64,000 bases of DNA, taken from an uncultured virus (IMG/VR IMGVR_UViG_3300011211_000031). Its lineage: Duplodnaviria > Heunggongvirae > Uroviricota > Caudoviricetes. A program made the translations under genes and the position numbers. Below, one piece after another: positions 26,979-36,740 of this stretch (within the stretch, counting starts at the first letter, position 1; each line of letters opens with the position of its first letter). The DNA lies in the IMG/VR virus record IMGVR_UViG_3300011211_000031, positions 1-64,000 of that record. One strand, given 5' to 3'. The notes below the pieces were generated by a model that made no database searches, was not told the origin of the DNA, and worked only from the letters and a program-made list of their open reading frames with translations.

Positions 26979-27914
26979 ATGAATGGAGCAATCCCCCTGA
27001 TCGACGCCCAGGCAGCTCTGGGTTTCGTCACCGCCCAGGCCTCGATCATCGAGCCGGGCATCTACCGCACCGTGTACCCGGACATCCAGTACCGCACGCT
27101 GGTGCCGGTGGACACCTCGGGCAGCGAATTCGCCACCTCGGTGACGTACTTCTCCCAGGACCAGTACGGTAAGGCCGACTGGATCAACGGCAATGCTGAC
27201 GATATCCCGAAGGCCGGCACCACGCGGGCGAAGTTCGAAACCCCCGTGTACACCGCGGGTATTGGCTACGGGTATGGCTGGGAAGAAGTCGGCCGGGCGC
27301 AGATGCTGGGCATCAACCTGTCCACGGAAGATGCTGCCGCTGCTCGCCGCGCGTCCGAAGAGATGGTGGACCGCGTAGCGCTGCAAGGCGACGCCAGCAA
27401 AGGCTTCACGGGCCTGTTCAACGCCGCTGGCGTCACTCCGGTGGCCGCCCCGACCGGTGGCTGGAACGACAGCACGGATCAGCAGCTGATCGTGAGCACG
27501 CTCAATCAGGCGCTGCTCAACGTGTTCAATGGCACGAACACCGCTTCGATCGCGGACACGCTGCTGCTGCCCTGGTCGAAGTACCTGCTGGCCGCCACCC
27601 GCAAGATGAGCGACCAGAGCGACATGACCATCTTGCAGTGGTTCATGGCCAACAACGTGTACACCGTCCAGACCGGTCAGCAGCTGACGCTGCGCGGCGT
27701 ACGCGGCCTGGACAAGGCTGGTGTCGGCGGAACCACGCGCCTGGTCGCCTACCGCAAGGATCCGCAGGTGCTGAAGCTGCACATGCCGATGCCGCACCGC
27801 TTCCTGCCCGCCTGGCAGAGCGGTCCGCTGCGCTGGGATATTCCGGGCGTGATGCGCCTCGGTGGCCTGGACGTGCGCCTGCCGAAGGAAGTCGTCTACC
27901 TGGACGGCATCTGA
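26979..27914 (+). CDS. Major capsid protein (DUF2184)
   Basis: IEPGIY...GYGYGWEE...GLFN...RLGGLDVRLP. Confidence 0.9.
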   Translation: MNGAIPLIDAQAALGFVTAQASIIEPGIYRTVYPDIQYRTLVPVDTSGSEFATSVTYFSQDQYGKADWINGNADDIPKAGTTRAKFETPVYTAGIGYGYGWEEVGRAQMLGINLSTEDAAAARRASEEMVDRVALQGDASKGFTGLFNAAGVTPVAAPTGGWNDSTDQQLIVSTLNQALLNVFNGTNTASIADTLLLPWSKYLLAATRKMSDQSDMTILQWFMANNVYTVQTGQQLTLRGVRGLDKAGVGGTTRLVAYRKDPQVLKLHMPMPHRFLPAWQSGPLRWDIPGVMRLGGLDVRLPKEVVYLDGI

Positions 27915-27959
27915 TTCCCACGGCCCCGGCAGATTGCCGGGGCCTCACCGGAGCGAAGC

Positions 27960-28562
27960 ATGAAGATCACCAACAATCACAAGAGCCCGCTCGGGCTGCC
28001 TGACGGCACTGTTCTGGCGCCGGGCGTCGCAGAGACGGTCGCCAACTGGGAGCAGCTGAAGAAGAACACCGTGGTGCAGGGCTGGATCAAGGCCAAGATC
28101 CTGACGCTCGGCGGGGATGCCAGTGCGTCCTCGCCGCCGACGCCGAGCCTGCTGGGTTCCAACCTGCTGCCCGGAAGCATCCACTTGGACGGCGATGTAT
28201 ACGTGTCGCTCGGCGAAGTGGTCCGCCATGCGCACGCCGCTTCCGGCCTGTCCATCGAAGCTTGGAACGGCCTGGACGACACCCTGCGCGAGGCGAAGGT
28301 GGCCGACGCGGTCGAGCAGCTGCGGTCGGAAGCCATCGCCGAGGCCGAGGCGAAGAAGGGCGCCGATGCTGGTGCGCTTGCCGCAGACGGCGGCGGCTCG
28401 GTCGGTCCTGATGCCGGCGGTGCTGCTGATCCGGCAGCCGACAAGGGCGTGCTGGTCGCGAAGGCCAAGGCGCTCAACGTCCCGGGCGTTGGTAGCCACT
28501 GGGGTATCGGCAAGCTGCAGGAAGCAATTGCCGAGGCCGAGGCGAAGAAAGGCGAGGGCTGA
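27960..28562 (+). CDS. Virion-associated hypothetical protein
   Basis: GGAG RBS; position after capsid. Confidence 0.7.
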   Translation: MKITNNHKSPLGLPDGTVLAPGVAETVANWEQLKKNTVVQGWIKAKILTLGGDASASSPPTPSLLGSNLLPGSIHLDGDVYVSLGEVVRHAHAASGLSIEAWNGLDDTLREAKVADAVEQLRSEAIAEAEAKKGADAGALAADGGGSVGPDAGGAADPAADKGVLVAKAKALNVPGVGSHWGIGKLQEAIAEAEAKKGEG

Positions 28563-28564
28563 CC

Positions 28565-29077
28565 ATGTACGGCACGCTGGAAGGGGCGGACACCTACCAC
28601 CAGGCGCGCGGTAACGCCTCCTGGGTCGCGGGTGATGACGGCGCGCGCACCGCGGCGCTCAACCGCGCCACGGACTACATCGACGGTCGATACCGGATCC
28701 TGTTGCCTTCGGGCCGGTGGGCGTCGATGTTCCCCGGCGTGCGTACTGCGGGGCGGGGCCAGCAGAACGAGTGGCCCCGCACCGGTGCGATCGACAACGA
28801 AGGGGCCCGCATCGGGGCAGATGAGGTGCCCGTGGAGGTCCTGCAGGCGACCTATGAGGCTGCACTGCGCGAACTTGCGCGGCCTGGCAGCCTGTCGCCC
28901 GACTTCGTGGCCAGCGCCTTGGCCACGCGCAAGAAGGTGGGGCCAATCGAGATTGCCTACAGCGACAAGGCTGCTGATGGCGGCGTTCCGACGCGACCGG
29001 TGATCACGGTCATTGACGAGATCCTGGCGGCGCTCCTGCGCGCGCCGCGGTCGATGCCGGCAGTGAGGGTCGTATGA
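28565..29077 (+). CDS. Head-tail adaptor (DnaT-like family)
   Basis: ADTYHQARG...ALNRATDYID...WPR...KKVGPIE. Confidence 0.75.
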   Translation: MYGTLEGADTYHQARGNASWVAGDDGARTAALNRATDYIDGRYRILLPSGRWASMFPGVRTAGRGQQNEWPRTGAIDNEGARIGADEVPVEVLQATYEAALRELARPGSLSPDFVASALATRKKVGPIEIAYSDKAADGGVPTRPVITVIDEILAALLRAPRSMPAVRVV

Positions 29078-29430
29078 GCGCCTTCTATGACGAGATGCGG
29101 TCCGTGGCGGTCGAGCTGATTGCCGAGTTCGGCTACGAGACGCAGATCCAGCGAGATGGCCTGCCCACCGGGCCTCCGCACAACCCTCAGCCTGGGCTGC
29201 CCACCACCTACGCCTGCACCGTGGTAGAGCTGGAGTACAGCCTCACCAACCGTGATTCCACGCTGGTGCTTCAGGGCGACAAGCTGGGCCTGATCTCGAC
29301 CGACATCGATATCGACCCGGTCAAGGACGACCGGATCCTGCTGGGCGGCGTGCCCTACAACTTCATTGACCTGCAGCCGCTCTCTCCCGGTGGGCAGGTC
29401 CTTCTTTACGAGTTCCACGCCCGTCGCTGA
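29074..29430 (+). CDS. Head closure/stopper protein
   Basis: ELIAEFG...GDK; neck position. Confidence 0.7.
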   Translation: MSAFYDEMRSVAVELIAEFGYETQIQRDGLPTGPPHNPQPGLPTTYACTVVELEYSLTNRDSTLVLQGDKLGLISTDIDIDPVKDDRILLGGVPYNFIDLQPLSPGGQVLLYEFHARR

Positions 29431-30521
29431 TGGCCAGCCTATCCTCCCGCGAGATCGAAAAGCTGGCCATTCGGCTGGAGCCGGCCATTCGCCGTGCCTT
29501 CGTGCAGGCGCTGATCGAGGTGCAACGGCAGGCGCCGCTGGATCTGGTTGCCGATCTGCTGCGCGCTGGACAGGTGGACACGGTGCTCGAGGCGCTGGGG
29601 CTGGACGCGGCGCGGTTCTCGCCGCTCGCCGAAGCGATCCGGGAGGCCTTCGTAGCCGGTGCGGATGCTGGGGTAGTGGAGATGCCCAGGCTGCGCCTGT
29701 CGCTGGATCCGATCATCACCGGGAGGTATCGGCCCCGCTCGGCATCGCCGGCGCTACGGCCCTCGTTCGACCTGCGCAATCCTGCTGCCGAAGGCTGGCT
29801 GCGGGAAAACTCGTCGCGGCTCATCACCGGCATCATCGAGGACCAGCGATCGCTGGTTCGCGGAGTGCTGCAACAGGGCATGTCGGTGGGCCGTAACCCC
29901 CGCCAGACCGCTCTCGATCTGGTTGGACGCGTGGGAGACAGCGGGCGCCGGGCCGGCGGCCTTGTGGGCCTCACGGCTCAGCAGGGCCAGTTCGTTGCCA
30001 ACGTGCGCGCGCAGCTGGCCAGCGGCGACCCCAACCAGATGGCGGCCTACTTCGGGCGGAAGCGCCGCGACAAGCGGCTGGACGGAATCGTCAAGCGCGC
30101 TATCGCGGCAGGCAAGCCCGTGACCCAGGCTGACATCGACAAGATCGCTGGGCGGTACGCAGACCGGCTGCTGGCGCTGCGCGGCGAGATGATCGCCCGC
30201 ACGGAGTCGATCACTGCGATGAACGCTGGCCGGGAAGAGTCCTACCGGCAGCAGATCGAAGCTGGGAAGCTGGCGCCAGAGAACGTTACCTGCACCTGGT
30301 CGGCAACCGGCGACCGCCAAACGCGGCACAGCCACGCCGCGATGAACGGCCAGCGGCGCCGGTTCGGCGAGCCCTTCGTGACGCCCAGCGGCGCCCAGAT
30401 GAACTACCCCGGCGACAGCTCGCTCGGCGCCGGCCCGGAAGAAACCATCGGCTGCCGCTGCATGAAGCAGTATCGAATCGACATGACGGCGGAGGTGCTG
30501 CGTGGCCAGCAAGTTCGGTGA
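29430..30521 (+). CDS. Minor head protein (Mu gpF/SPP1 gp7 family)
   Basis: MIARTE, WSATGD.QTRHSH, IGCRC. Confidence 0.85.
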   Translation: MASLSSREIEKLAIRLEPAIRRAFVQALIEVQRQAPLDLVADLLRAGQVDTVLEALGLDAARFSPLAEAIREAFVAGADAGVVEMPRLRLSLDPIITGRYRPRSASPALRPSFDLRNPAAEGWLRENSSRLITGIIEDQRSLVRGVLQQGMSVGRNPRQTALDLVGRVGDSGRRAGGLVGLTAQQGQFVANVRAQLASGDPNQMAAYFGRKRRDKRLDGIVKRAIAAGKPVTQADIDKIAGRYADRLLALRGEMIARTESITAMNAGREESYRQQIEAGKLAPENVTCTWSATGDRQTRHSHAAMNGQRRRFGEPFVTPSGAQMNYPGDSSLGAGPEETIGCRCMKQYRIDMTAEVLRGQQVR

Positions 30522-30927
30522 CCAGGTGAAGGCCTTCGCCGAGAAGGCCAAGGAGCGGCAGCTGGCGATTTTTCGCGAGTCTGCGCAGGCGGTGATGGAG
30601 GAGGCGAGCACCCCGGAAGGCGAGGGCGGCAAGATGCCCGTCGCGACCGGCTTCCTGCGTAACTCGGCAGTCGCTTCGACTGCTGGTCCGCCCGACGGCG
30701 CCGGCGGCGACCCTTCGCTGGTGTTCTCCGGCATCGAGCTGGGACAGTCGGTGTGGGCTGGCTGGACAGCCGCCTATGCCCTGCGCATGGAGCACGGCTT
30801 CTATGGTGAGGACAGTCTGGGTCGCGTCTATGCGCAGTCCGGCAAGGGGTTCATGCGCTCAGCCGCGCAGAACTGGGACTTCATCGTGGACACAGTGGCC
30901 AAGGACGTGAAGGAACGCATCAAATGA
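30502..30927 (+). CDS. HK97 gp10-like neck protein
   Basis: MPVATGFLRNS, YALRMEHG. Confidence 0.8.
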   Translation: MASKFGDQVKAFAEKAKERQLAIFRESAQAVMEEASTPEGEGGKMPVATGFLRNSAVASTAGPPDGAGGDPSLVFSGIELGQSVWAGWTAAYALRMEHGFYGEDSLGRVYAQSGKGFMRSAAQNWDFIVDTVAKDVKERIK

Positions 30928-31328
30928 GCGACACCGCCATCTATGACGCCTTCGCAGGTCTCGTCGGCGAGTTCGCCGCGTCCCTCAAGCTCCCATGCTC
31001 CTATCCCGGCCTCGGCTTTACTCCGCCGGCCCAAGGCCCGTGGCTGGAGCTGCAGTGGTTCCCCAACCAGACGCAGAACTACGGCATGGATGACGACGGC
31101 CCCTCGCTGCTGCAGGGGTTCGGGCAGCTGTCGGCCTGCTACCGGCCGGGCGGCGGCATAATCGTGGGCACCACGATCACTGATCAGATCATCGCCGCGT
31201 TCGCAAAGGGCACCACCTTCGCCGGGGTGCGGGTGTATCGGAAGCCGTGGACCAGCTCGATCATCCAGGATCCCGAGCGGATCATGCATCCTGTCACCAT
31301 ACCCTGGCGGGGTTTCGTGTCGGGTTAG
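30924..31328 (+). CDS. Tail terminator protein
   Basis: FTPP...WLE...P; position before tail tube. Confidence 0.7.
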   Translation: MSDTAIYDAFAGLVGEFAASLKLPCSYPGLGFTPPAQGPWLELQWFPNQTQNYGMDDDGPSLLQGFGQLSACYRPGGGIIVGTTITDQIIAAFAKGTTFAGVRVYRKPWTSSIIQDPERIMHPVTIPWRGFVSG

Positions 31329-31337
31329 AATCCAGCC

Positions 31338-31577
31338 ATGAGCCTCAAGCCGCCCGCCCTTCATCTGGTCCGCAGTGATGCCCCGCCCACCGAGGGCGAG
31401 CTGGCGCAGCTGCGCGAGGCAGTCGATCGCATGCGGAGGAATCGCCACTTACTGGATGCCTTCAACCGAGAGCAGGCCGCCTTCGTGCGTTCGGAGTTCC
31501 TGGCATACGTCGAGGCTGGCTTCACCAGGCCGCAGGCCATGCAACTGGTGGCGGCAAAGCTGTCGCCAGCGAGATAG
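31338..31577 (+). CDS. Moron, hypothetical protein
   Basis: TAGAAT -10 six nt before ATG; AYVEAGFT..QAM motif. Confidence 0.65.
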   Translation: MSLKPPALHLVRSDAPPTEGELAQLREAVDRMRRNRHLLDAFNREQAAFVRSEFLAYVEAGFTRPQAMQLVAAKLSPAR

Positions 31578-31585
31578 GTCGGAAG

Positions 31586-31957
31586 ATGTCCGCAATCGCA
31601 TGGAGTGCGCTTAGCTTCTTCCTTGGTCTGTTGATTGGTCACTGGCTGGCTCTGGGGCGGGACAAGCGCAAGGAGCTCAACGAGCTCGGAGCGCCGCTTA
31701 GATCGTGGGTGATCGCCCAGCTATCCAGTCCAGATAAGGAAATCTGGGAGAAGCCCACGGTTTCCCAGATTGACGCGTTCAGTCAACGATTGGGCAAGTC
31801 ACAGAGATCCCGGTTTCACAGGACATGGTCTGAGATGCTGCATGCGTACGCTGCAAACGTCACTCGGGATCCCGAGACCGGCGCACGGATGTTTACCCGC
31901 ACAGAAAAAGGTCTAGCCCGATTGCGAGTGCTGGAAGAGATGCTGCGGCCCAGGTAG
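31586..31957 (+). CDS. Moron, membrane-anchored protein
   Basis: N-terminal TM then GRDKRKE; AT-richer; followed by a terminator. Confidence 0.7.
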   Translation: MSAIAWSALSFFLGLLIGHWLALGRDKRKELNELGAPLRSWVIAQLSSPDKEIWEKPTVSQIDAFSQRLGKSQRSRFHRTWSEMLHAYAANVTRDPETGARMFTRTEKGLARLRVLEEMLRPR

Positions 31958-31992
31958 CGGTTGATCCAGAAGTGCTACCCAAATAATCAGAG

Positions 31993-32018
31993 GGCCGCAT
32001 TTCGGCGGCCTTTTTTTT
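31993..32018 (+). terminator. Intrinsic terminator after moron
   Basis: GGCCGC-ATTTCG-GCGGCC + T8. Confidence 0.8.
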
Positions 32019-32079
32019 GTTTCACCAACACCCCGCCCCGTGGCGGGTTTTTTTATGCCCATCGCGAGGAGACTCGGCT

Positions 32080-32538
32080 ATGACCGAAGCACAAACCAAC
32101 AGCGGTTCCAAGCTTTTCATCTGCGCCATCCCCCAGAACAAGGACCTCACTGAAGTCGAGTTCGCGGCGCTGACCTACGTGCAAGTCAAGAAGGTCGGCA
32201 ACGTCGGCGAGCGCGGCATCACGACCAACATCGTGACCTACGACACGTGGGACACGGCGGTTGCTCTGAAGGGCAAGGGCATCTCGAATGCCGGCGACCC
32301 CGAAGTCGAGGTTGCGCGCGACCTTGCGGACCCGGGCCAGACCGCCATGCGTGCCGCTGGCCAGCCCGACGTGCAGGATGCCTACGCGTTCAAGGTCGAG
32401 CGCCCGAGCGGCGAGGTGGAATACCTGCGCGGCCTGGTCACTGGCCCCCGCACCCCCGGCGGCCGCAACGAAGACTTCGTGCTGCACGTGTACTCGCTGG
32501 CCCTGAATCAGGTGCCGGTGGAAGTGCCCGCGCCGTAA
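32080..32538 (+). CDS. Major tail tube protein
   Basis: GAGGAG RBS; KGKGISNAGD, DPGQ..MRAA. Confidence 0.85.
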   Translation: MTEAQTNSGSKLFICAIPQNKDLTEVEFAALTYVQVKKVGNVGERGITTNIVTYDTWDTAVALKGKGISNAGDPEVEVARDLADPGQTAMRAAGQPDVQDAYAFKVERPSGEVEYLRGLVTGPRTPGGRNEDFVLHVYSLALNQVPVEVPAP

Positions 32539-32639
32539 CCGAACACCTCGGGGATAGGGCGGCCGCCTGACAAGCCGGATCTGATCCGGCCGGCTTCCCC
32601 GAGGTTCTTTCTCCGGATCGATTTCATAGGGATCACGCC

Positions 32640-33032
32640 ATGACCGAACTGACCAGCATCGTTGCCGCCGAGCGCCGCATCGAGATCAAGCACCCGGCTA
32701 CCGATGAACCGGTGGGTCTTCTCATCACCATCTTGCCGGACAGTCACCCGCAGGTCCGAGCAGCCTCCCGCAAGGCCACGAACGAGCGCATGCTCGGCCG
32801 CGGCAAGGTCACCGCTGAGAAGCTGGAGGCAGGACGCCTCGACCTGCTGGTCGCATCTGTCGGCGGCTGGGACTGGCAGGGCGAGCTGACCTTCCACGGT
32901 GAAAAGCCCGAGTTCACCGAGAAGGGGCTGCGCAGCCTGTTCAAGGAACTGCCTTGGGTGAGCGACCAGGTCGATATCGCCCTCGGCGACCGTGCGGAGT
33001 TCTTTCGCAACGCTGACGAGCCGACTGGCTGA
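32640..33032 (+). CDS. Tail assembly chaperone (G-like)
   Basis: IKHPATDEP, VGGWDW, ELPWV.DQV; ends with EFFR. Confidence 0.8.
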   Translation: MTELTSIVAAERRIEIKHPATDEPVGLLITILPDSHPQVRAASRKATNERMLGRGKVTAEKLEAGRLDLLVASVGGWDWQGELTFHGEKPEFTEKGLRSLFKELPWVSDQVDIALGDRAEFFRNADEPTG

Positions 33033-33375
33033 AGCGGCCTACACCATCGTCCGCTACGACATGGCGGACGAGAAGGGCGAAACCCGCCGGCAGCGTAACG
33101 AGCGCTTCGAGATTGCGACCCCGGACGTGGATCTGCCCGATGAGGGCGCCCACGTATGGGCGTGGTTCTGGGACCTTTCTGCCCGGCGGCGGGCGGGTCC
33201 CGAGGCGTTGAGCTTCAGCGACGTAGGCGACTGGCAGCGGCTGCTGCAGCTGGACCTGCTTCCGCAAGAGGTCGGGATGCTCATGGCGATGGATGACAAG
33301 TACCTCGCCGCCGTGCGGGAGGACCAAGCGGCAGCCCGGGAACGGGCTCTCGATGCGCAGAACGGGAGCAGGTGA
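32992..33375 (+). CDS. Tail assembly chaperone, second frame (T-like)
   Basis: HVWAWFWDLSARR...LSFSDV; directly before tape measure. Confidence 0.75.
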   Translation: MRSSFATLTSRLAEAAYTIVRYDMADEKGETRRQRNERFEIATPDVDLPDEGAHVWAWFWDLSARRRAGPEALSFSDVGDWQRLLQLDLLPQEVGMLMAMDDKYLAAVREDQAAARERALDAQNGSR

Positions 33376-36300
33376 AGATGGCTGATATCGCGGAGCTTGG
33401 GTACAAGGTCGATTCCAGCGGGTTGCTGGAGGGCACCAAGGCCCTGGACGAAAACGCGGCGGCCGCTGACAAGGCAGGTGGTGCTGCCGAGCGCCTGGAG
33501 AAGGACTATCAGGCGCTGGCACGCACCATCGATCGGTCCTCCAGCGCTCTCGGCGACCGCCTCGGCGGCGCACTGGACCGCATTGGCACGGGCACGGGCG
33601 CGGTGATCGCAGAGCTGCAGGCATTGAACCGCACGAACGTGGAGATGCTGACCTCGCTTGGGGCGCTGGATGGCAAGCTGTCCAGCACCGCCGGACAGGT
33701 CCAGGCCTACGGTGCCGCCGGATCCGCCGCCGCCGCATCCACCGCGCAGGTTGCCGCCGCGAGCGAGCAAGTCGAGCAGCAGCTCGCGCAGCAGGAGGCA
33801 CGCTATAAGGCTGTTGCACAGCAGGCGATGGCGTGGACCCAAGGCAATCAGGCGGCCAACCTTTCGGAGCGCGCGCTGGCAGAGGCCGCGCGCGACGCAG
33901 CGCTGGGCATCGATCACAAAGAGCGGGCGATGGCCTCTGCTGGAACCGAGCAGGAGCGGATGGTCGCGCGCGTGCGCGCTCTGGAAGAGGCCGAGGCGCG
34001 TGCCACCAATGAGCAGCGCCAGGCCGCCGCCGCCGCAGATGCGCAGAAGATCAACCTTCAGCAGCTGCTCGGACAGATCGACCCGACGGTCGCGGCCTTG
34101 AACCGCCTGGCGGCGATGGAAGACCGGCTGGAGCGAGCCCAGAAGGCGGGCCTGATCAACACCAACGTGTTCGAGCAGTATCAGTCCAAGATCGACGGCA
34201 TGCGTGCCGCAGTGCTGAAGAACACCAGTGCGCAGGATGGCATGGCGTTGTCCGCTGGCCAGCTCCGGCAGAGCATGCGCATGCTGCCGATGCAGGTGAC
34301 CGACATCACGACAAGCCTGATCAGCGGCCAGCCAGCATGGATGGTCGCAATCCAGCAAGGCGGCCAGCTGAAGGATCAATTCGGTGGTATCGGCCCGGCG
34401 GCGCGTGCGGTGGGCGGCTACGTCATGGGGCTCATCAACCCGCTTACGGTGGGCGCTGCAGCTCTGGCTGCGACGGCGCTTGCTGCGAAGCAGAGTCAGG
34501 ATCGCCTCTTCGAGTACCAGAAGGAGCTGATCCTGAGCGGCAACGGCGCGATGATCGGCGCCGCTGGTTTCGAAGCTCTGGCACAAAGCCTCGACCAGTT
34601 GGAGGGCGTGTCTCGCGGCGGCGCTGCTGCGGCGCTCACCGAAACGGCAAAGGCCGGGCGCTTCGCCGGCGAGCAGTTCGAGCTGGTTGCGGCAGCTGCC
34701 GCGCGCATGGAGGCGTCCACCGGGAGGTCGGCTGCGGCCACCGTCGGAGCCTTCCAGTCCATCGCCAAGGAGCCACTGGAAGGGCTGCTTAAGCTCAACG
34801 ACGCAGAGCGGTTCCTGACCTTGGCGCAGGTTCAGCGCATCGCCTCTCTGCAGGAGGAGGGTCGCTCGCAGCAGGCCGCCAGCGAAGCGATTCAGATTTA
34901 CGCCGGCCATTTGGACAGCGTGGCCGATCAGACCGAGGCGATCATGCCCGGCATGTCGAAGGCATGGCGCGACGTCAAGGACGATATCGGCGGCGCTTGG
35001 TCGGCACTGGGTGACTTCACTGGCGGTCTGGTTGATCTGGCGGGACAGTGGGGCGTGCTGGCTCGCCTGCCGCGACTGAGCGACATGCTTGGCCTCGGCG
35101 TCGTGGGCGGCACCCTGGTGAAGAACTTGGGCCTGCCGTCGCTCACAGAAGCGCTCAACGGCGTGTCTTCCCGGATCCGTGGGTTGCCACCTCTGCCGGC
35201 GGCGATTGACGAAGGCACGCTGGATCCGCGCGCGGCGCGTGAGCTGGCCACCTTGGGGCAGGAACGCCTGGCTGCTGAGCGATCGGCGGCAGAGGCCATC
35301 AATGCGCAGGTGGCGGGGCTTGATCGCGCTACGGCCAAAGAGGCGGCGCGGCTCAAGATCATCGCCCAGTACAACCAGCTGGCCGATAATGACACTCGGC
35401 ACTTCGATGGATCCATGCAGCAGCTGATCGCCAAAGCTCAGCGGGACGTCGACAAGCAGTTCGACCGGTCGTCCGGCCAAGCCAAGCGCAACACTGACGA
35501 CAGCGCGGCGCAGAGTCTTCTGGCCAACGTGCAGCGGCAGATCACCGCCAACGAGCAGCTTGCGGACAGCGGTGTCAAGGTCAGCGCCAGCGACCGCCTG
35601 GTGATCCAGACGCGGCAGCTCCTGGACGACAAGACCAACACAATGACGGCCTCCACGCGGAAGCTGCTCGAAGCCCTGATCCCCACCCTGCAGGCCACGG
35701 ACGCTGCCGGCCAGGCTGAGATGCAACGGCAGCGCGGCATGCAGGCGTCGATCGCACTCACCGAGCGCCTGTCGCAGCTGGAGAAGCAGCGTCAGGAGCA
35801 GGCGCAGGTCGACCTGATGGGGCTGGGGCGCGGCGCGGATGCCACGGCGATGCTGCAGCGGCAACTGGATATCCAGCGTCAGTACCTGGATGAAACCGAG
35901 AAGCTCGACAAGGCGCAGCGGGATAAGAGCACCGCGCTCAGTCAGGCCGACTACCAACAGCAGCAGCTGGCCCTGCAGGCAAGCCTGGAACGGTCGCTCG
36001 ATATCGAGCGCACGTACCAGCAGCAGCGCATGGCGATGCTCGGCGACTGGCGCACCGGGGTGACGCGGGTCTGGGAAGACTATGTTTCCTCAGCCACCAA
36101 TGCGTCGGAGCAGGCCGGGACCGTCGTGAGCAATACGCTAACGGGCTGGGAGGACATGTGGGTGCGGGCAGCCAAGACCGGCAAGCTGTCTTTCAGCGAT
36201 CTGGCCAACTCGGTGATCGCCGACATGGCCCGGATGGCCTCGAAACAGGCGGCGTTGGGCCTATTCGGGAACGCACTGGGCGGCCTGTTCGGCGGTGGCG

Positions 36301-36740
36301 CTGGATCCTACACCGGCAACGGAACAGGCGCCGGATCTGTTGGAGGTTTCGGCAACAACGTCGGGAACTTCCTCAACTACGGCGGAGGGCGCGCGAGGGG
36401 CGGGGACGCCTACCGGGGTTCGTTCTATGAGGTCGGCGAGGGTGGCAGGCCGGAACTGTTCGAGCAGAACGGCAAGCAATACCTGATCCCAGGGAACCAC
36501 GGCAGGGTCATCCCTGCAGCACCTGCCTCTGGCGGCTCTGCCAGCACGGGCGGCTCCTACAAAGTCGAGATCAACAATCACGGAGGCGGCCAGGTGCAGA
36601 CCCGGCAGACCACGGAACGCATGCCCGATGGCAGCGAGCTGAAGAAGCTCGTGATCGACATCGTGGGCGAAAGCCTGGACGGCGGCGCTTTGGGCTCCCT
36701 CGGGCGGAATAAGTTTGGCTGGCAGGAGATGGTTGGATGA
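33372..36740 (+). CDS. Tail tape measure protein
   Basis: 1122 aa Ala-rich helical protein; QVTDITTSL..GQ....IQQGGQLKD; C-terminal VGE.GRPE. Confidence 0.93.
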   Translation: MKMADIAELGYKVDSSGLLEGTKALDENAAAADKAGGAAERLEKDYQALARTIDRSSSALGDRLGGALDRIGTGTGAVIAELQALNRTNVEMLTSLGALDGKLSSTAGQVQAYGAAGSAAAASTAQVAAASEQVEQQLAQQEARYKAVAQQAMAWTQGNQAANLSERALAEAARDAALGIDHKERAMASAGTEQERMVARVRALEEAEARATNEQRQAAAAADAQKINLQQLLGQIDPTVAALNRLAAMEDRLERAQKAGLINTNVFEQYQSKIDGMRAAVLKNTSAQDGMALSAGQLRQSMRMLPMQVTDITTSLISGQPAWMVAIQQGGQLKDQFGGIGPAARAVGGYVMGLINPLTVGAAALAATALAAKQSQDRLFEYQKELILSGNGAMIGAAGFEALAQSLDQLEGVSRGGAAAALTETAKAGRFAGEQFELVAAAAARMEASTGRSAAATVGAFQSIAKEPLEGLLKLNDAERFLTLAQVQRIASLQEEGRSQQAASEAIQIYAGHLDSVADQTEAIMPGMSKAWRDVKDDIGGAWSALGDFTGGLVDLAGQWGVLARLPRLSDMLGLGVVGGTLVKNLGLPSLTEALNGVSSRIRGLPPLPAAIDEGTLDPRAARELATLGQERLAAERSAAEAINAQVAGLDRATAKEAARLKIIAQYNQLADNDTRHFDGSMQQLIAKAQRDVDKQFDRSSGQAKRNTDDSAAQSLLANVQRQITANEQLADSGVKVSASDRLVIQTRQLLDDKTNTMTASTRKLLEALIPTLQATDAAGQAEMQRQRGMQASIALTERLSQLEKQRQEQAQVDLMGLGRGADATAMLQRQLDIQRQYLDETEKLDKAQRDKSTALSQADYQQQQLALQASLERSLDIERTYQQQRMAMLGDWRTGVTRVWEDYVSSATNASEQAGTVVSNTLTGWEDMWVRAAKTGKLSFSDLANSVIADMARMASKQAALGLFGNALGGLFGGGAGSYTGNGTGAGSVGGFGNNVGNFLNYGGGRARGGDAYRGSFYEVGEGGRPELFEQNGKQYLIPGNHGRVIPAAPASGGSASTGGSYKVEINNHGGGQVQTRQTTERMPDGSELKKLVIDIVGESLDGGALGSLGRNKFGWQEMVG

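Noticed and set aside
24945..27797. 950 aa minus-strand ORF
   Set aside because: Shadow of head genes with strong GC3 bias
33054..35957. 967 aa minus-strand ORF
   Set aside because: Shadow of tape measure
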